Of a DNA stretch of 64,000 bases, positions 47,671 through 57,594 are shown piece by piece (within the stretch, counting starts at the first letter, position 1; every line of letters starts with the position of its first letter). A program made the translations under genes and the position numbers. This stretch comes from a bacterium (GTDB taxonomy: Bacteria > Patescibacteriota > Microgenomatia > JAMCZE01), in contig JAKBJL010000001.1 of NCBI GenBank assembly GCA_021836035.1, positions 138,142-202,141 of the forward strand, given 5' to 3'. Under the pieces are notes generated by a model. That model did not search any database, was not told the DNA's origin, and saw only the letters and a list, made by a program, of their open reading frames with translations.

Positions 47671-47898
47671 ATGGAGCCGGGAAAATATCTTGAGGGTAGA
47701 ACCGAGGAAGAACAACGCAATTTTTGGTTGGAAGAAATGCGGGAAAAATCACCGGAAGAGCTGAAAAAAGAGCTAACGGCAGAAATTAAGTTTGCCACCG
47801 AAGATTATCCTAAGATCAACAGCAGCGGGCGGGTTGGTGCCCCCTCTGCTTCTAATTGGAAAATAAACGCTTTAAGAGAGCTACTTAACGAGGGTTAA
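47671..47898 (+). CDS. Hypothetical small charged protein
   Basis: 75 aa; TGGTAAGAT extended -10 lies 6 nt before the ATG. Confidence 0.65.
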   Translation: MEPGKYLEGRTEEEQRNFWLEEMREKSPEELKKELTAEIKFATEDYPKINSSGRVGAPSASNWKINALRELLNEG

Positions 47899-49737
47899 AT
47901 CCCCATTAATTTTATAAACCGTATCTTCTCCCCGGGAATAGATTGTCGGGTAGTTGGTGTCGAAGAAGGCTTTGTTAAACCCCCGGGAAATTTCTACCGG
48001 TCCGATAAATACGTAATCAATCCCATTTTGGGCCAAAAGCCTTTTGGCTTCCGGTCCGCCTTCCTTAATTTGTGCGACGATTTGCTGGCGCGGAGCATAA
48101 TCAATCCCGTAGGACCAGAGCCAGCCGGGGAAACCCAAAAAAATTTTGCGCCCGGCCAGCGACGCGACCGGGTTGTCATGATTGTCGGCGGTTAAAAAAA
48201 CCGCGTCGGAAGGCGTGTTCTCTTTAATAAACTCAGCGGCCGTTACCTGTTGGCGGCCGAAAAGACGCTGTTTATTTTTCTCAAACCGGAAAAGCTGGCT
48301 GACATCGTAAAAACCGGAAACGGTACTCAGCGCAAAGAGTACAAGCGCAAATACAAGAAAAAAAGGATTTTTAGAAGCAAACATTTTTTGGAGAAGGATG
48401 CCGGCAGAAATGGCAGCCCCCAGATACCAATAGGTTAATAACTTGGAATTGTCCCAATCCCAGGGTTGGAAAAGAAAAAGGTGGGCCAGGATAAAAAGAG
48501 AAAAAAACGGCAATAGAAAAAGACGCAGCGTTCGGGGCATGAAGAATAAGCCGACAAGAGACAAAAAGAGCATCGGGCAGAAGTTTTTTAACCAAAAAAG
48601 GAAAATATTGCCACGGGCCATCCAGCCGGGCTTAAACTGAAAAAAACTATTGAGACGGCTGCCGAAATAAAAATAATATATTGCCGGCAGGGCCAGGATA
48701 AGAATAGGCAGGGCAAATCCGAGCCAGAGAAAAACCCGCCGCCGGCTCCTTAAAAAATCTTTGAGAAATACCCAGCCGGAAACCAGGATGATTACTAGGA
48801 AGCTGTGGGCGTGGACTAAAACAACTAAGGCAGTGAGCGTGCCGGCTAAAAAATAAAGCCGGAAACCGGCTTTTCCTTGCCAGATTTGCCAGAGGAGATA
48901 AAAAACTATCAGGGCCAACGGAAAAGCGAGGGCAAAACCGCGCTGGGGAACGAACTGGGTGGTCAGAACGTTAGCCCACTGGATATTTTGGCTATCGATT
49001 TTTGTCGCCTGGGAATAAATATCCGGTTGCTGCAGGACATAATAGATTCCTAAACCGCCGTTGCCCAAGAAGAGAAGGGCAGCCAGAGCCGCGCTCCCGA
49101 ATTTACCGCTTAAATTTGCCGCCAGCCGGGTAAGGAGAATGATAGCGCTGAGGGTAAACAAAAGGCTGGGGAAAACCAGGGCGGCCGTAATGTCGAGGTT
49201 CAGCTTAAGCAGGAAAGCGGAAAAGAGGTCAGTTAAGAAAGGGTAGGAAAGAACCTGCCCGGCGAAAATAGGCATCTGCGGGGGAAAATTGCGGCCATAA
49301 ACAAATCCGGTGGTATAGGCCAAATGGGCCGCCCAATCACCCCAGACGGTAATCCAACCGGAAAAAAGTTCCCCGCTTTGCCAAAACAAGAGACGGGGGA
49401 AAATAAAAAATCCCAAAACAGTCAACCCCCCAAAAAAACAGGTTTTACCCAGAGTTTTCCGGGAAAGCGGGGGAGCTATAAAGCGTTTTCTTATTAAATA
49501 AAAGAAAGAAAGAAGAGTTGCACCGAAGAGGAAAAGAAGAAGCGGCCGAGCAGCGATTTGTCCTAGGGCTAAGGACAGCCCGAGAACGACCCAGGTGAAA
49601 AATACGGTGCCGATAACAAAACCGCCGACCAAATCATAAGTGTTCCATTTTTTCTGCCCCGAACCCCAAACCCAGAGGGCTAATCCGCTGGTGGTTAGCG
49701 GCAAAAGCAGCGAAATAAATATCAGGATTTCAGCCAT
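47881..49737 (-). CDS. GT-C fold multi-TM glycosyltransferase-like protein
   Basis: WGDWAAH, YPFL.D, PQR, WDWDNSK, C-terminal IKENTP..AVFL, LAGR, IDYVFIGPVE. Confidence 0.75.
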   Translation of the reverse strand: MAEILIFISLLLPLTTSGLALWVWGSGQKKWNTYDLVGGFVIGTVFFTWVVLGLSLALGQIAARPLLLFLFGATLLSFFYLIRKRFIAPPLSRKTLGKTCFFGGLTVLGFFIFPRLLFWQSGELFSGWITVWGDWAAHLAYTTGFVYGRNFPPQMPIFAGQVLSYPFLTDLFSAFLLKLNLDITAALVFPSLLFTLSAIILLTRLAANLSGKFGSAALAALLFLGNGGLGIYYVLQQPDIYSQATKIDSQNIQWANVLTTQFVPQRGFALAFPLALIVFYLLWQIWQGKAGFRLYFLAGTLTALVVLVHAHSFLVIILVSGWVFLKDFLRSRRRVFLWLGFALPILILALPAIYYFYFGSRLNSFFQFKPGWMARGNIFLFWLKNFCPMLFLSLVGLFFMPRTLRLFLLPFFSLFILAHLFLFQPWDWDNSKLLTYWYLGAAISAGILLQKMFASKNPFFLVFALVLFALSTVSGFYDVSQLFRFEKNKQRLFGRQQVTAAEFIKENTPSDAVFLTADNHDNPVASLAGRKIFLGFPGWLWSYGIDYAPRQQIVAQIKEGGPEAKRLLAQNGIDYVFIGPVEISRGFNKAFFDTNYPTIYSRGEDTVYKINGDLTLVK

Positions 49738-50960
49738 AAAGTTAGTTCGGTAAGAAAAATAAACAAAACCAGGAGCAGACAGTTGCGTAGGGCCAGAAGC
49801 CAGAAGACCCAGGCATCGTTGCCGGAAGTATAAAAGACTCCCAGTAACTCATTGTAACGCAGGGGGTAAATATATTGGCTCAGGAGCGAAATAAAAAGAA
49901 TTAGAAAAAAACCGAGAGACCAAAGGCGGGTTTCCCGATTATTCCCGCTCTCGGTGGGCGGGGTGAGCGCCGGGAAAAGAAGGAAAGCCCAGAGAAGATA
50001 TTGGGCGGTGAGGATTTTAGAAAAAGTTAAAAAAAGCAGAATGATAGTTATTGCCGGCAGCAACGGAGAGATTTGACGCGGCGCTTTAAAAATCAGCCAG
50101 AAATAATAGAGGCCCAGAGGAACGAGCCAGAAGAAGTTATAAAAAAACAAGGGGCCGGGAGTATACTGCGGCGCAATTCCGAAAATACCGGTAGCCCCTT
50201 TACCCAAAGCATACGTACCGGTTGTCAGCCAGGGAATGAGGGTAAGAATCGTGCCCCAAAGACTTTCCGCATGGACCGGTTTTAAAGCGTGAACGTCGGC
50301 GTTAGTAATAAGGTCGGCGGGGGGTACCTGGAAAAACAAGAGGTAAAGAAGGATAACCGCGGCTGCGCCCATCAGAAAGATTGCCGTCTGGACCGCGGCC
50401 GTCTTAATATGCCGGCTTTTGACCGCCGGAAGGAGATAGTAGGGCAAAAGCAGGGCGGGGTAGATTTTGATACTGGTCGCTATTCCTAGCAGGAAAAAAG
50501 CCCGTCCCGCCTTTCGTTTTACTAAAAACCAGAGGGATAACAAGGTAAAAAAGACGACATAAAGATCAAAACGATAGAGAACAATCGGTCCCATAAAAAG
50601 CAGGATTAAAGCGAAGACCAGGATGCTTAAATTGTTTCCCGAAAATTTCCGGTAAAGACCGGCCAAAGCGATGATAAAAAGAATATTGGCGGCGAACAAG
50701 CCTGCCAGATATAAATTATTGCTGTTTTGCCAAAGAAGTAAAGGGGAAAGCGCCAGAAAAAAAAGAACCGCGCCCGGCTGGTACTCATTGTAGCCCAGAC
50801 CGGTGAGATTATGGTTGACTAAAAAATAACGTGCGCGGGAGAGATAAAAACCGTCAGCATCAACCCGTAGGTGGTAGGACCAGGCGGGGTGGGTAGCCAG
50901 GAGAACCAGAGTAATTATGGTCAGGGATAAAAATAATTTGCTGAAATGTTTATCGGGCAT
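49722..50960 (-). CDS. GT87/DUF2029-like membrane glycosyltransferase
   Basis: EYQPGA, RFDL, IKIYP, ESLW, SKILTAQYLLW; many TMs. Confidence 0.8.
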   Translation of the reverse strand: MPDKHFSKLFLSLTIITLVLLATHPAWSYHLRVDADGFYLSRARYFLVNHNLTGLGYNEYQPGAVLFFLALSPLLLWQNSNNLYLAGLFAANILFIIALAGLYRKFSGNNLSILVFALILLFMGPIVLYRFDLYVVFFTLLSLWFLVKRKAGRAFFLLGIATSIKIYPALLLPYYLLPAVKSRHIKTAAVQTAIFLMGAAAVILLYLLFFQVPPADLITNADVHALKPVHAESLWGTILTLIPWLTTGTYALGKGATGIFGIAPQYTPGPLFFYNFFWLVPLGLYYFWLIFKAPRQISPLLPAITIILLFLTFSKILTAQYLLWAFLLFPALTPPTESGNNRETRLWSLGFFLILFISLLSQYIYPLRYNELLGVFYTSGNDAWVFWLLALRNCLLLVLFIFLTELTLWLKS

Positions 50961-50981
50961 CTGCGGTTAGTTTTTATGAAT

Positions 50982-52409
50982 CTAATTTGCTTTGGTTCCC
51001 CTGAGAAAACGGGCGGGCCAGGGGACGTAATCGGAAGTCACGGTTTCATCGATAAGAACCTCTCCGTTTCTCGTTACCGTCCGCTTAAAGAAGACCTTGG
51101 CACCGCTGTGGGCGGTATCAACTTGCTGGACAATACCCACGGGAAGGTTGGGGGCGTCTTCGTAAATGGGGTCGGGCGGAGGGGTGGAGGAGAGAATAAC
51201 CGGATCGGAAATTTTAGTTTTTCGCCCGTCGGCAGTGCCGAAAAGATCAAAGGTTAGTTGCGATTTTTCCTGGTCAAAAGTTGCCTGGAGGAGAATCCAG
51301 CCGGGCGTATCATTTTCAAATTTTAAATCCGGGGAAGGGGGATAAACAGTTGCGTCTAAGCCCGGCTTAAAGCCGCCTTGTTCATAAAATCCTACCCGGT
51401 AGCTGTGAGCTACCCGTTCAATAATGGGTAATCCGGCGTTAAGGGCGGCTCGATAGAGAGTGGTTGAAACCTGGCAGACGCCGCCGCCGTCGTCTAAAAC
51501 GGTTTTATTATTTTTAATAATATAGGCTTTTTGAAAACCGAAAACGGCGGAAATGGTTCCGATGGAATTGTCAAAGGAAAAAGTTTCCCCGGGGGCGATG
51601 AGGGAGCCGGAAATCTTTTCCGCGCCGATACGGATATTATCCACCCTGCCCGGTATAGAGTCATAAAAATAGGAAGTGCCGCTGCCGAGGAGATCTTTAA
51701 GGCCCAGGGAGTCGGCCGCGGTAGAGTTGACCTTCGGCGTTATGGTAGTTACCGGCAGGGGCAAAAGGCATTCCGTTTCCCCGGCGCAGGTTTGGCCCGT
51801 AATTAAAGAGGTAAAGATGTTTAATAGTTTTTCGTGATCGATTTCCCGACCGTTTCGGGAGGGAGCAAAGGCGACCACCCGTCCTTTGTGGTCCGGTCCG
51901 GCTTCGGGTTCAAATTTAAATTGGGCATCAACGGGGGTAACGGCAATGCTGCGGTTATAAAGGCCCTCGGTCTCCGATAGCAGATTGCCGTCGTAAGCAA
52001 TTTCCGCCGGCAGGTCAATACCGCCGCTGAAAGCGGCAATTTTCTGCACCAGGTTGTTATAAAAGTTATCCGTTTGCCGGCCGACGGAATAAGCGCGGCT
52101 GCTCATTTGCCGGGTATTAAAATGCAGATTAAGCGCCGGCAGGTCTAAGGGATAAGAGTTGTCTTCATAAATAAAAGCGACCCCTGACGGTAGTACCAAG
52201 CGGGCCCGGAAATAAGCGGTGAGCTCTTCGGGCGTCCGGCCGCCGAAATTTACCCCCGCGACTTTTACCCCGGGATAGATTTTCCCCCGGAAGGAATATT
52301 CAAAAAGGTAATTTGCTCCGACGGCCAAGAAGAGGAGAATTAAAATAAAAATCTCGCTAACCAAAATCAGCTTCTTGAGCAGTTTTTCAATTTGTGATAA
52401 CTTAACCAT
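50982..52409 (-). CDS. VanW-family protein with peptidoglycan-binding region
   Basis: IYPGVKVAG, RVDNI, PGETFSF, GGGVCQVSTTLYRA, ERVAHSY, GLDATV, DLKFEN. Confidence 0.93.
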   Translation of the reverse strand: MVKLSQIEKLLKKLILVSEIFILILLFLAVGANYLFEYSFRGKIYPGVKVAGVNFGGRTPEELTAYFRARLVLPSGVAFIYEDNSYPLDLPALNLHFNTRQMSSRAYSVGRQTDNFYNNLVQKIAAFSGGIDLPAEIAYDGNLLSETEGLYNRSIAVTPVDAQFKFEPEAGPDHKGRVVAFAPSRNGREIDHEKLLNIFTSLITGQTCAGETECLLPLPVTTITPKVNSTAADSLGLKDLLGSGTSYFYDSIPGRVDNIRIGAEKISGSLIAPGETFSFDNSIGTISAVFGFQKAYIIKNNKTVLDDGGGVCQVSTTLYRAALNAGLPIIERVAHSYRVGFYEQGGFKPGLDATVYPPSPDLKFENDTPGWILLQATFDQEKSQLTFDLFGTADGRKTKISDPVILSSTPPPDPIYEDAPNLPVGIVQQVDTAHSGAKVFFKRTVTRNGEVLIDETVTSDYVPWPARFLRGTKAN

Positions 52410-52428
52410 ACAGTCTCTATTTTAATCT

Positions 52429-53736
52429 ATGGCGGTCGGAAAATTAATTGCTGTTCTTTTGGGGGTGCTGGCTTTTTTAATTGTGGTCGTTTTGATCCTG
52501 GCCAAGGTTTTTTTTGGCGGCCTCTCCCCGGTTACCTTAGAGTATTGGGGCCTTTGGGAACCGGAATCGGTGATGAATGTGGCGATTACCGATTACGAGC
52601 GACTTCACCCTAATATTAAAATCAATTACAAAAAACAATCGCCGATTCAGTACCGGGACCGGCTGGCTCTGCTTTTGGCCGGCAATAGCAGCCCGGATAT
52701 CTTTCGCTTTCATAATAGTTGGCTGCCGATGCTAAAAGACGATCTTTCTCCCGTGCCGGGCAGTGCTTATACGACTACAGCCTTCCAGAGCACTTTTTAT
52801 CCCGTTGCCCAAAAAGACCTTTATTTAAACGGCCGCTATTACGGGATTCCCCTGGAGGTTGACACCTTGCTTCTCTATATAAATAATGACATTTTTACCG
52901 AAAGGGGGATGGTAGCCCCGCTTCTTTGGCAGCCGGATTTTATTGATGCCGCTAAAAATCTGAAAGTGGAAAACGGGGACCTACTAATCCGCGGCGGAGC
53001 GGCTTTAGGTAACGCCGGCAATGTCACCCACTGGCAGGATATTTTAGCCCTGATATCGCTGCAGAACCGAGCAGACTTTGGAAAATACACGGACAGCAGC
53101 GCTAAAAACGCCCTCGGCTTTTATACTGATTTTGAAAAAGTGGACAAGGTTTGGGATCAGTCTCAGGACGAGAGCAAAATGGCTTTTGCCCGGGGGAACC
53201 TGGCGATGTTTTTCGGTTATTCCTGGGACTATTTTGATATTGTCGAAATGGCGAAAAATAGGAACACCCCGCTGAATTTTAAAGTGGTTCCCGTTCCGCA
53301 ATTACCGGGCGGAAATGTTAATTATGCTTCGTATTGGGTAGAGGGGGTAGCGAAGCGATCCCCGCACCAGCAGGAAGCCTGGGAGTTTTTAAAGTTCTTA
53401 AGCTCTAAAGAGGAATTGGCCAAGCTATATGAAGCGGAAACTAAGCTGCGGGGATTCGGGGAACCTTACGGGAGAGTGGACATGGCCGGTTTGGTTGCTG
53501 ACCAGCCGGTGGTGTCGGTAGTTTTGAATCAGGCGAAAACGGCGCAAAGCTGGTATTTAGACAGCCTTACCTGGGATGGGGATACGGGAATTAACAGCCG
53601 GATCGGCAATTATTTTGCCGATGCCGTCAATTCCCTTCTCCATGGCGGGCAGATCGAAAGCGCGCTGGATACCGTTTCCCAGGGAATTGGCCAGGTTCTT
53701 ACCTCTTATGGTGTAACCCCGGCAGCCGCAAGATAA
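52429..53736 (+). CDS. Extracellular solute-binding protein (sugar-binding family 1), no permease nearby
   Basis: TM, VTLEYWGLWE, PDIF, YGIPL.VDTL.LY.N, AWEFLKFL. Confidence 0.88.
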   Translation: MAVGKLIAVLLGVLAFLIVVVLILAKVFFGGLSPVTLEYWGLWEPESVMNVAITDYERLHPNIKINYKKQSPIQYRDRLALLLAGNSSPDIFRFHNSWLPMLKDDLSPVPGSAYTTTAFQSTFYPVAQKDLYLNGRYYGIPLEVDTLLLYINNDIFTERGMVAPLLWQPDFIDAAKNLKVENGDLLIRGGAALGNAGNVTHWQDILALISLQNRADFGKYTDSSAKNALGFYTDFEKVDKVWDQSQDESKMAFARGNLAMFFGYSWDYFDIVEMAKNRNTPLNFKVVPVPQLPGGNVNYASYWVEGVAKRSPHQQEAWEFLKFLSSKEELAKLYEAETKLRGFGEPYGRVDMAGLVADQPVVSVVLNQAKTAQSWYLDSLTWDGDTGINSRIGNYFADAVNSLLHGGQIESALDTVSQGIGQVLTSYGVTPAAAR

Positions 53737-53740
53737 TTTT

Positions 53741-53908
53741 TTTAGCTTAGGGTCCCGGTAACCGCTTTTCCCGGAAAGATATCCTGTCGCGCGGCAGTTT
53801 TAGAAGGCTTCTATTTGTTTTTTACTTTTTCCTGATTTTATAAAAAGAGGGGGGGCAAGCTGCGACCATCCGGGGTTCTCTGCGGTTGCTGCCCTTTCTG
53901 GGGTTAAA
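53741..53908 (+). ncRNA. Candidate rod-shaped structured RNA (6S/SsrS-like)
   Basis: Five nested helices spanning the whole intergenic gap, with G-U pairs favouring the + strand. Confidence 0.45.
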
Positions 53909-53919
53909 GTAGTTGGCAA

Positions 53920-54915
53920 TTATCTTCTGTCTGCCTCCTCTTTCCAGTAGAGGAGAAGGTCGCGGATAATAATGACCAAAGCGGAAATGACCGGGACGGA
54001 AAAGACAGCACCCCAAACCCCGGCTATTTTATAGCCAACCAAAAAAGAAATTAAGATGATAATCGGGTGGATTTTTAGGGCGGTGCCCAAAAGCTTCGGA
54101 GCCCAGACGTTATAAACTATCTGGGCGGCGATAACAATAATAATCACGGCAATAAACATTTTTTGGAGCGAGACGGTAAGTGTGGCTAAAATTACCGGCA
54201 GGAGAAAAATAATGGGGCCGACTACGGGGATGAAAGCTAATATGGCGGCGATGACGGCGGTGGAGAAGGAATAATTAATACCCAGGGCAAAAAGAGTTAA
54301 AAAGACCAGCAGGCCCAAAAAAGCGCCCATTAACGCCTGAACGCGTAAAAAAGTGGCAAAGGTGGTGTTTAAAACGTTTTCCAGGAAGCGGTAGTCGCTT
54401 TTATACGCCTCGGGGATAACTCTTAAAATAAATTGGGAAATTTCCTCGCGGGAGATAAGAACGTAAAATGAGAGAATAAAAACGAGCAACAGGCTGGTGG
54501 CAGTGGAGGCGACTCCGGTAGCCAAAGGAGCGAAGTTGGCGGTTAAAGAGGTGAGGAAATTTTCCAGGCGGATAGCCCAGACGGAATTTTCGGGAAAATA
54601 TTGCGAGAGGAGGGGAACGGCTTGGGAAAATTGAGTCACCGTCGCCGGAATAGCGACCCAGATAAGGATAATGGTAATGATAGCCAGGATAAGATAAATA
54701 GTGGCTGCCGCCCAGACGCGCGGGAAACTCTTGGCAGAAAGTTGAGTGACAAATGGTTCCAGAATAAAGGCGAGAATCCAGGAAAGAAAAAGGATCAGAA
54801 AAATGTCCGCAAAAATTGCCAGGAACGAGCCGAAAATAGACAAAAGGTATATGCTAAGAGCAATGATGCCTAAAAAGCCTAAAATTCGCCACTCGGGAAA
54901 CCGCGATAAATTCAT
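53920..54915 (-). CDS. AI-2E family transporter
   Basis: LAFILEP, FLRVQ, FIPVVGP, PKLLG..LKIHP, GVWGAVFSVP. Confidence 0.92.
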   Translation of the reverse strand: MNLSRFPEWRILGFLGIIALSIYLLSIFGSFLAIFADIFLILFLSWILAFILEPFVTQLSAKSFPRVWAAATIYLILAIITIILIWVAIPATVTQFSQAVPLLSQYFPENSVWAIRLENFLTSLTANFAPLATGVASTATSLLLVFILSFYVLISREEISQFILRVIPEAYKSDYRFLENVLNTTFATFLRVQALMGAFLGLLVFLTLFALGINYSFSTAVIAAILAFIPVVGPIIFLLPVILATLTVSLQKMFIAVIIIVIAAQIVYNVWAPKLLGTALKIHPIIILISFLVGYKIAGVWGAVFSVPVISALVIIIRDLLLYWKEEADRR

Positions 54916-54955
54916 AGTTTCACATCCGCCTTGTACTTAATGGATAATAACGCCA

Positions 54956-55807
54956 ATGCAGTTAAAGCGCAACCAGATTAAAACCCTGGCCTATTCCGAC
55001 TTATTTAACTATCCCCTAAGCGGCAAAGAGCTGAAACTTTGGGAAATCTCCGTGGGCCAGAAGGAGTCGGGTGAAAGCAAAATAAAAACCGGGCACCGCG
55101 ACGGCTTTTATTTTTTGCCCGGAAGAGCGGGCTTAGTGAATTTGCGCCGGGAGAGAGAAAAATATACGGCGGAGAAAAGGGTAAAAGGACAGGATGTTGC
55201 CAGGGTTCTGCAACGGATTCCTTTTGTTCGGGCAATATTTTTAACCGGCTCGGTTGCCGCCGGCAGCGCGGAGGAAAACGCAGATATTGATTTAATGATT
55301 GTGGTTCAACCCGGAGCCTTATGGCTGACCAGGCTTTCCGTCGTTACCTACCTGAAAATTAAAGGAATTTATTCGGGCCGGACTGGCCATAACCGGAATA
55401 AAATTTGCCCGAATATTTTTTTAGACCTAAATCATTTGCCAATTGCCGAGAGAAATTTATTCACGGCGCATGAAGTGTTACAGGCCCAGTGTCTTTTCGA
55501 TCGGGGAGGAATAGAAAAGCTGTGGTTTAAGAAAAACCCCTGGACAAGGGAATTTTTACCGAACATTTTTCAGCTTAAAGTAAAAGGCTTAAAGCAAATA
55601 GCCAAAACCAGGAATGCAGGCAGGGGGGACTTTTTGTGGTATCTAATTCTCCCCCTTGAGCTTTTAGCCTTTAGCCTCCAGTTGGTTTATATGAAGCCGA
55701 AGATGACAAACGAAAATGTTGGACTGGGTTTTGCTTTCTTCCATCCGCGGAATATTTCCGCTATTATTTTGCAACAATGGCAAAAAAGACTAGAATTACT
55801 AAAGTGA
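54956..55807 (+). CDS. Pol-beta-type nucleotidyltransferase-domain protein
   Basis: IFLTGSVA...ADIDLMIV (GS..DxD); YSDLFNYPL, LWLTR, NLFTAHE, AFFHP. Confidence 0.82.
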   Translation: MQLKRNQIKTLAYSDLFNYPLSGKELKLWEISVGQKESGESKIKTGHRDGFYFLPGRAGLVNLRREREKYTAEKRVKGQDVARVLQRIPFVRAIFLTGSVAAGSAEENADIDLMIVVQPGALWLTRLSVVTYLKIKGIYSGRTGHNRNKICPNIFLDLNHLPIAERNLFTAHEVLQAQCLFDRGGIEKLWFKKNPWTREFLPNIFQLKVKGLKQIAKTRNAGRGDFLWYLILPLELLAFSLQLVYMKPKMTNENVGLGFAFFHPRNISAIILQQWQKRLELLK

Positions 55808-57543
55808 AAAAGCTCGCCGCCGTTGTTGGCATTCTCTTTGCGCTTTCCGCTTTCCGCCTTACGCTTTCCGCTCCGATTTTTTCTGCCGAGTGTTCCTCTT
55901 CCTGTTCTAATGATGATTTGGATAACTGCATTAAAGAATGCAATAAGCTCTTGGATATATCTATCAATGCCACCAAGCCGCACGAACAGCGGATGGAGCA
56001 GCTGCAGGAAACGATCGCTAACATTGACGCAAACGTCGAGACTTTAACCGGACTGATTGCCCGCAAAAAAGCCCAGATTGAAACCCAGGAAAAAAAGCTC
56101 GGGGGACAGCAAAAGGATTTTGAGGTAAAAGTCCGTAATTATTATGAAAAAAGCTACCAGTTCGGAACCAATTATTTATATACCGTATTATTTTCCCACC
56201 ACAATACCGGGGATGCCGTGCGCAACATTTCCTACCGCCAGAATTTTATTAACAGCGATAAACAGACAATTACCAATTTGGTTTTGCAGTTGATTGATCT
56301 AAATAAAGCCCGGGAAACCCTGGAGGAAAACCAAAATCAATTAACAAATCAAAAAGCGCAGCTGGAAACGATTTTGGCCCCGATCCGGGATCTCGTTAAG
56401 GGAGCAAAAGCTTATCAGTCGCAATTGTCGCAGACAGCAGCGGGCTTGACGAAACGCCAGGAGGAATTGTTGGCGCAGAAAACCGGCAATTTCCAGACCA
56501 GCGTCGGGGATGTGCCGCCCGCGGATGATCCGGCCTCCCGTCCGGACTATAATCCCGGTTTTAGCCCTGCATACGCCGGCTTTTCTTTCGGCGCCCCGCA
56601 CCGCAAGGGGATGAGCCAATATGGAGCTTTCGGCCGGGCCAAACAGGGGCAAAGCGCCGAAGATATTTTGAAAGCTTATTATGGCGGCAGCATCGAGATT
56701 AAAAAAGATTATTCCACTTCCGTAAATATTGCCGTTCAGGGTTACGGGACATATAAAATTGAAGATTACGTTAAAAGAATTTACGAAGTGCCGAACTCCT
56801 GGGGCGACGAGGGCGGTTACGAAGCGCTCAAGGCGCAGGCAGTTGCGGCCCGCTCTTATGCTTTGGCATATACCAGTAACGGTTCCGGTTCCATTTGCGC
56901 GAGCGAATCCTGCCAGGTTTTCCAGGCTGGAGAAAAAGGCGGGAACTGGGGAAGGGCGGTAGATGAAACGCGCGGTTGGGTACTGGTAGCAAACGGCCAG
57001 CCGTTTTCCGCCTGGTACGCCGCTACCTCCGGCGGGTATAACTACTCTTATGCAGCTAATGGTTATAGTACTCCCGGCGGCTGGGATACCAAATGCGGCA
57101 ACCAATCCTGCTGGACTAACGACGCTTATGAAAAAATCGCGGGCAGCCCCTGGTTTTATAAAGCTTGGTACCGGCCGCGCTACACAAGTCCCAGCCGTTC
57201 CCACCCGTGGCTTAATAAGGAGGAGTTTGTCGATATTGTTAATGCGGTACTCTTGTTTGTCAAAGATAACGGTACCCTTTCTCATTTATCCCAGACCGAC
57301 AAATCCAATCCCGATACCTGGTCACGCGACGAGGTCCGCAGCCACCTGGGCGGCGATGCCGTTTCCGAAGTAAACGGTATTTCCGTAACTTATAGTACCG
57401 GCGGCTATACCAGCAGCGTGCATCTGGAAACGGATAAGGGGGGAAAAGACATAGGCGGCGATATTTTTCGCCAGATTTTTAATATCCGGGCTCCGGGCGA
57501 AATCTGGCTGGCCAGCGCTCTTTTTAATATCGAGAAAAAATAG
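55777..57543 (+). CDS. Coiled-coil + SpoIID/LytB-domain peptidoglycan hydrolase
   Basis: Signal peptide, long coiled coil, HRKGMSQYGA..RA..G...DILKAYY, EVPNSW, EALKAQAVAARSYA, CQVF. Confidence 0.88.
   Translation: MAKKTRITKVKKLAAVVGILFALSAFRLTLSAPIFSAECSSSCSNDDLDNCIKECNKLLDISINATKPHEQRMEQLQETIANIDANVETLTGLIARKKAQIETQEKKLGGQQKDFEVKVRNYYEKSYQFGTNYLYTVLFSHHNTGDAVRNISYRQNFINSDKQTITNLVLQLIDLNKARETLEENQNQLTNQKAQLETILAPIRDLVKGAKAYQSQLSQTAAGLTKRQEELLAQKTGNFQTSVGDVPPADDPASRPDYNPGFSPAYAGFSFGAPHRKGMSQYGAFGRAKQGQSAEDILKAYYGGSIEIKKDYSTSVNIAVQGYGTYKIEDYVKRIYEVPNSWGDEGGYEALKAQAVAARSYALAYTSNGSGSICASESCQVFQAGEKGGNWGRAVDETRGWVLVANGQPFSAWYAATSGGYNYSYAANGYSTPGGWDTKCGNQSCWTNDAYEKIAGSPWFYKAWYRPRYTSPSRSHPWLNKEEFVDIVNAVLLFVKDNGTLSHLSQTDKSNPDTWSRDEVRSHLGGDAVSEVNGISVTYSTGGYTSSVHLETDKGGKDIGGDIFRQIFNIRAPGEIWLASALFNIEKK
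55837..55871 (+). repeat. TTTCCGC x5 heptamer array in the SpoIID signal peptide
   Basis: tttgcgc-tttccgc-tttccgc-cttacgc-tttccgc; encodes FALSAFRLTLSA. Confidence 0.85.
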
Positions 57544-57594
57544 AAAAGCGCCGATCTTGTCAATCTGATTCCGATCTGCTAATCTCAGATTGTT

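Noticed and set aside
56341-57285. 314-aa antisense ORF
   Set aside because: Shadow of the SpoIID gene with no motifs; the same applies to most short overlapping ORFs in the track.
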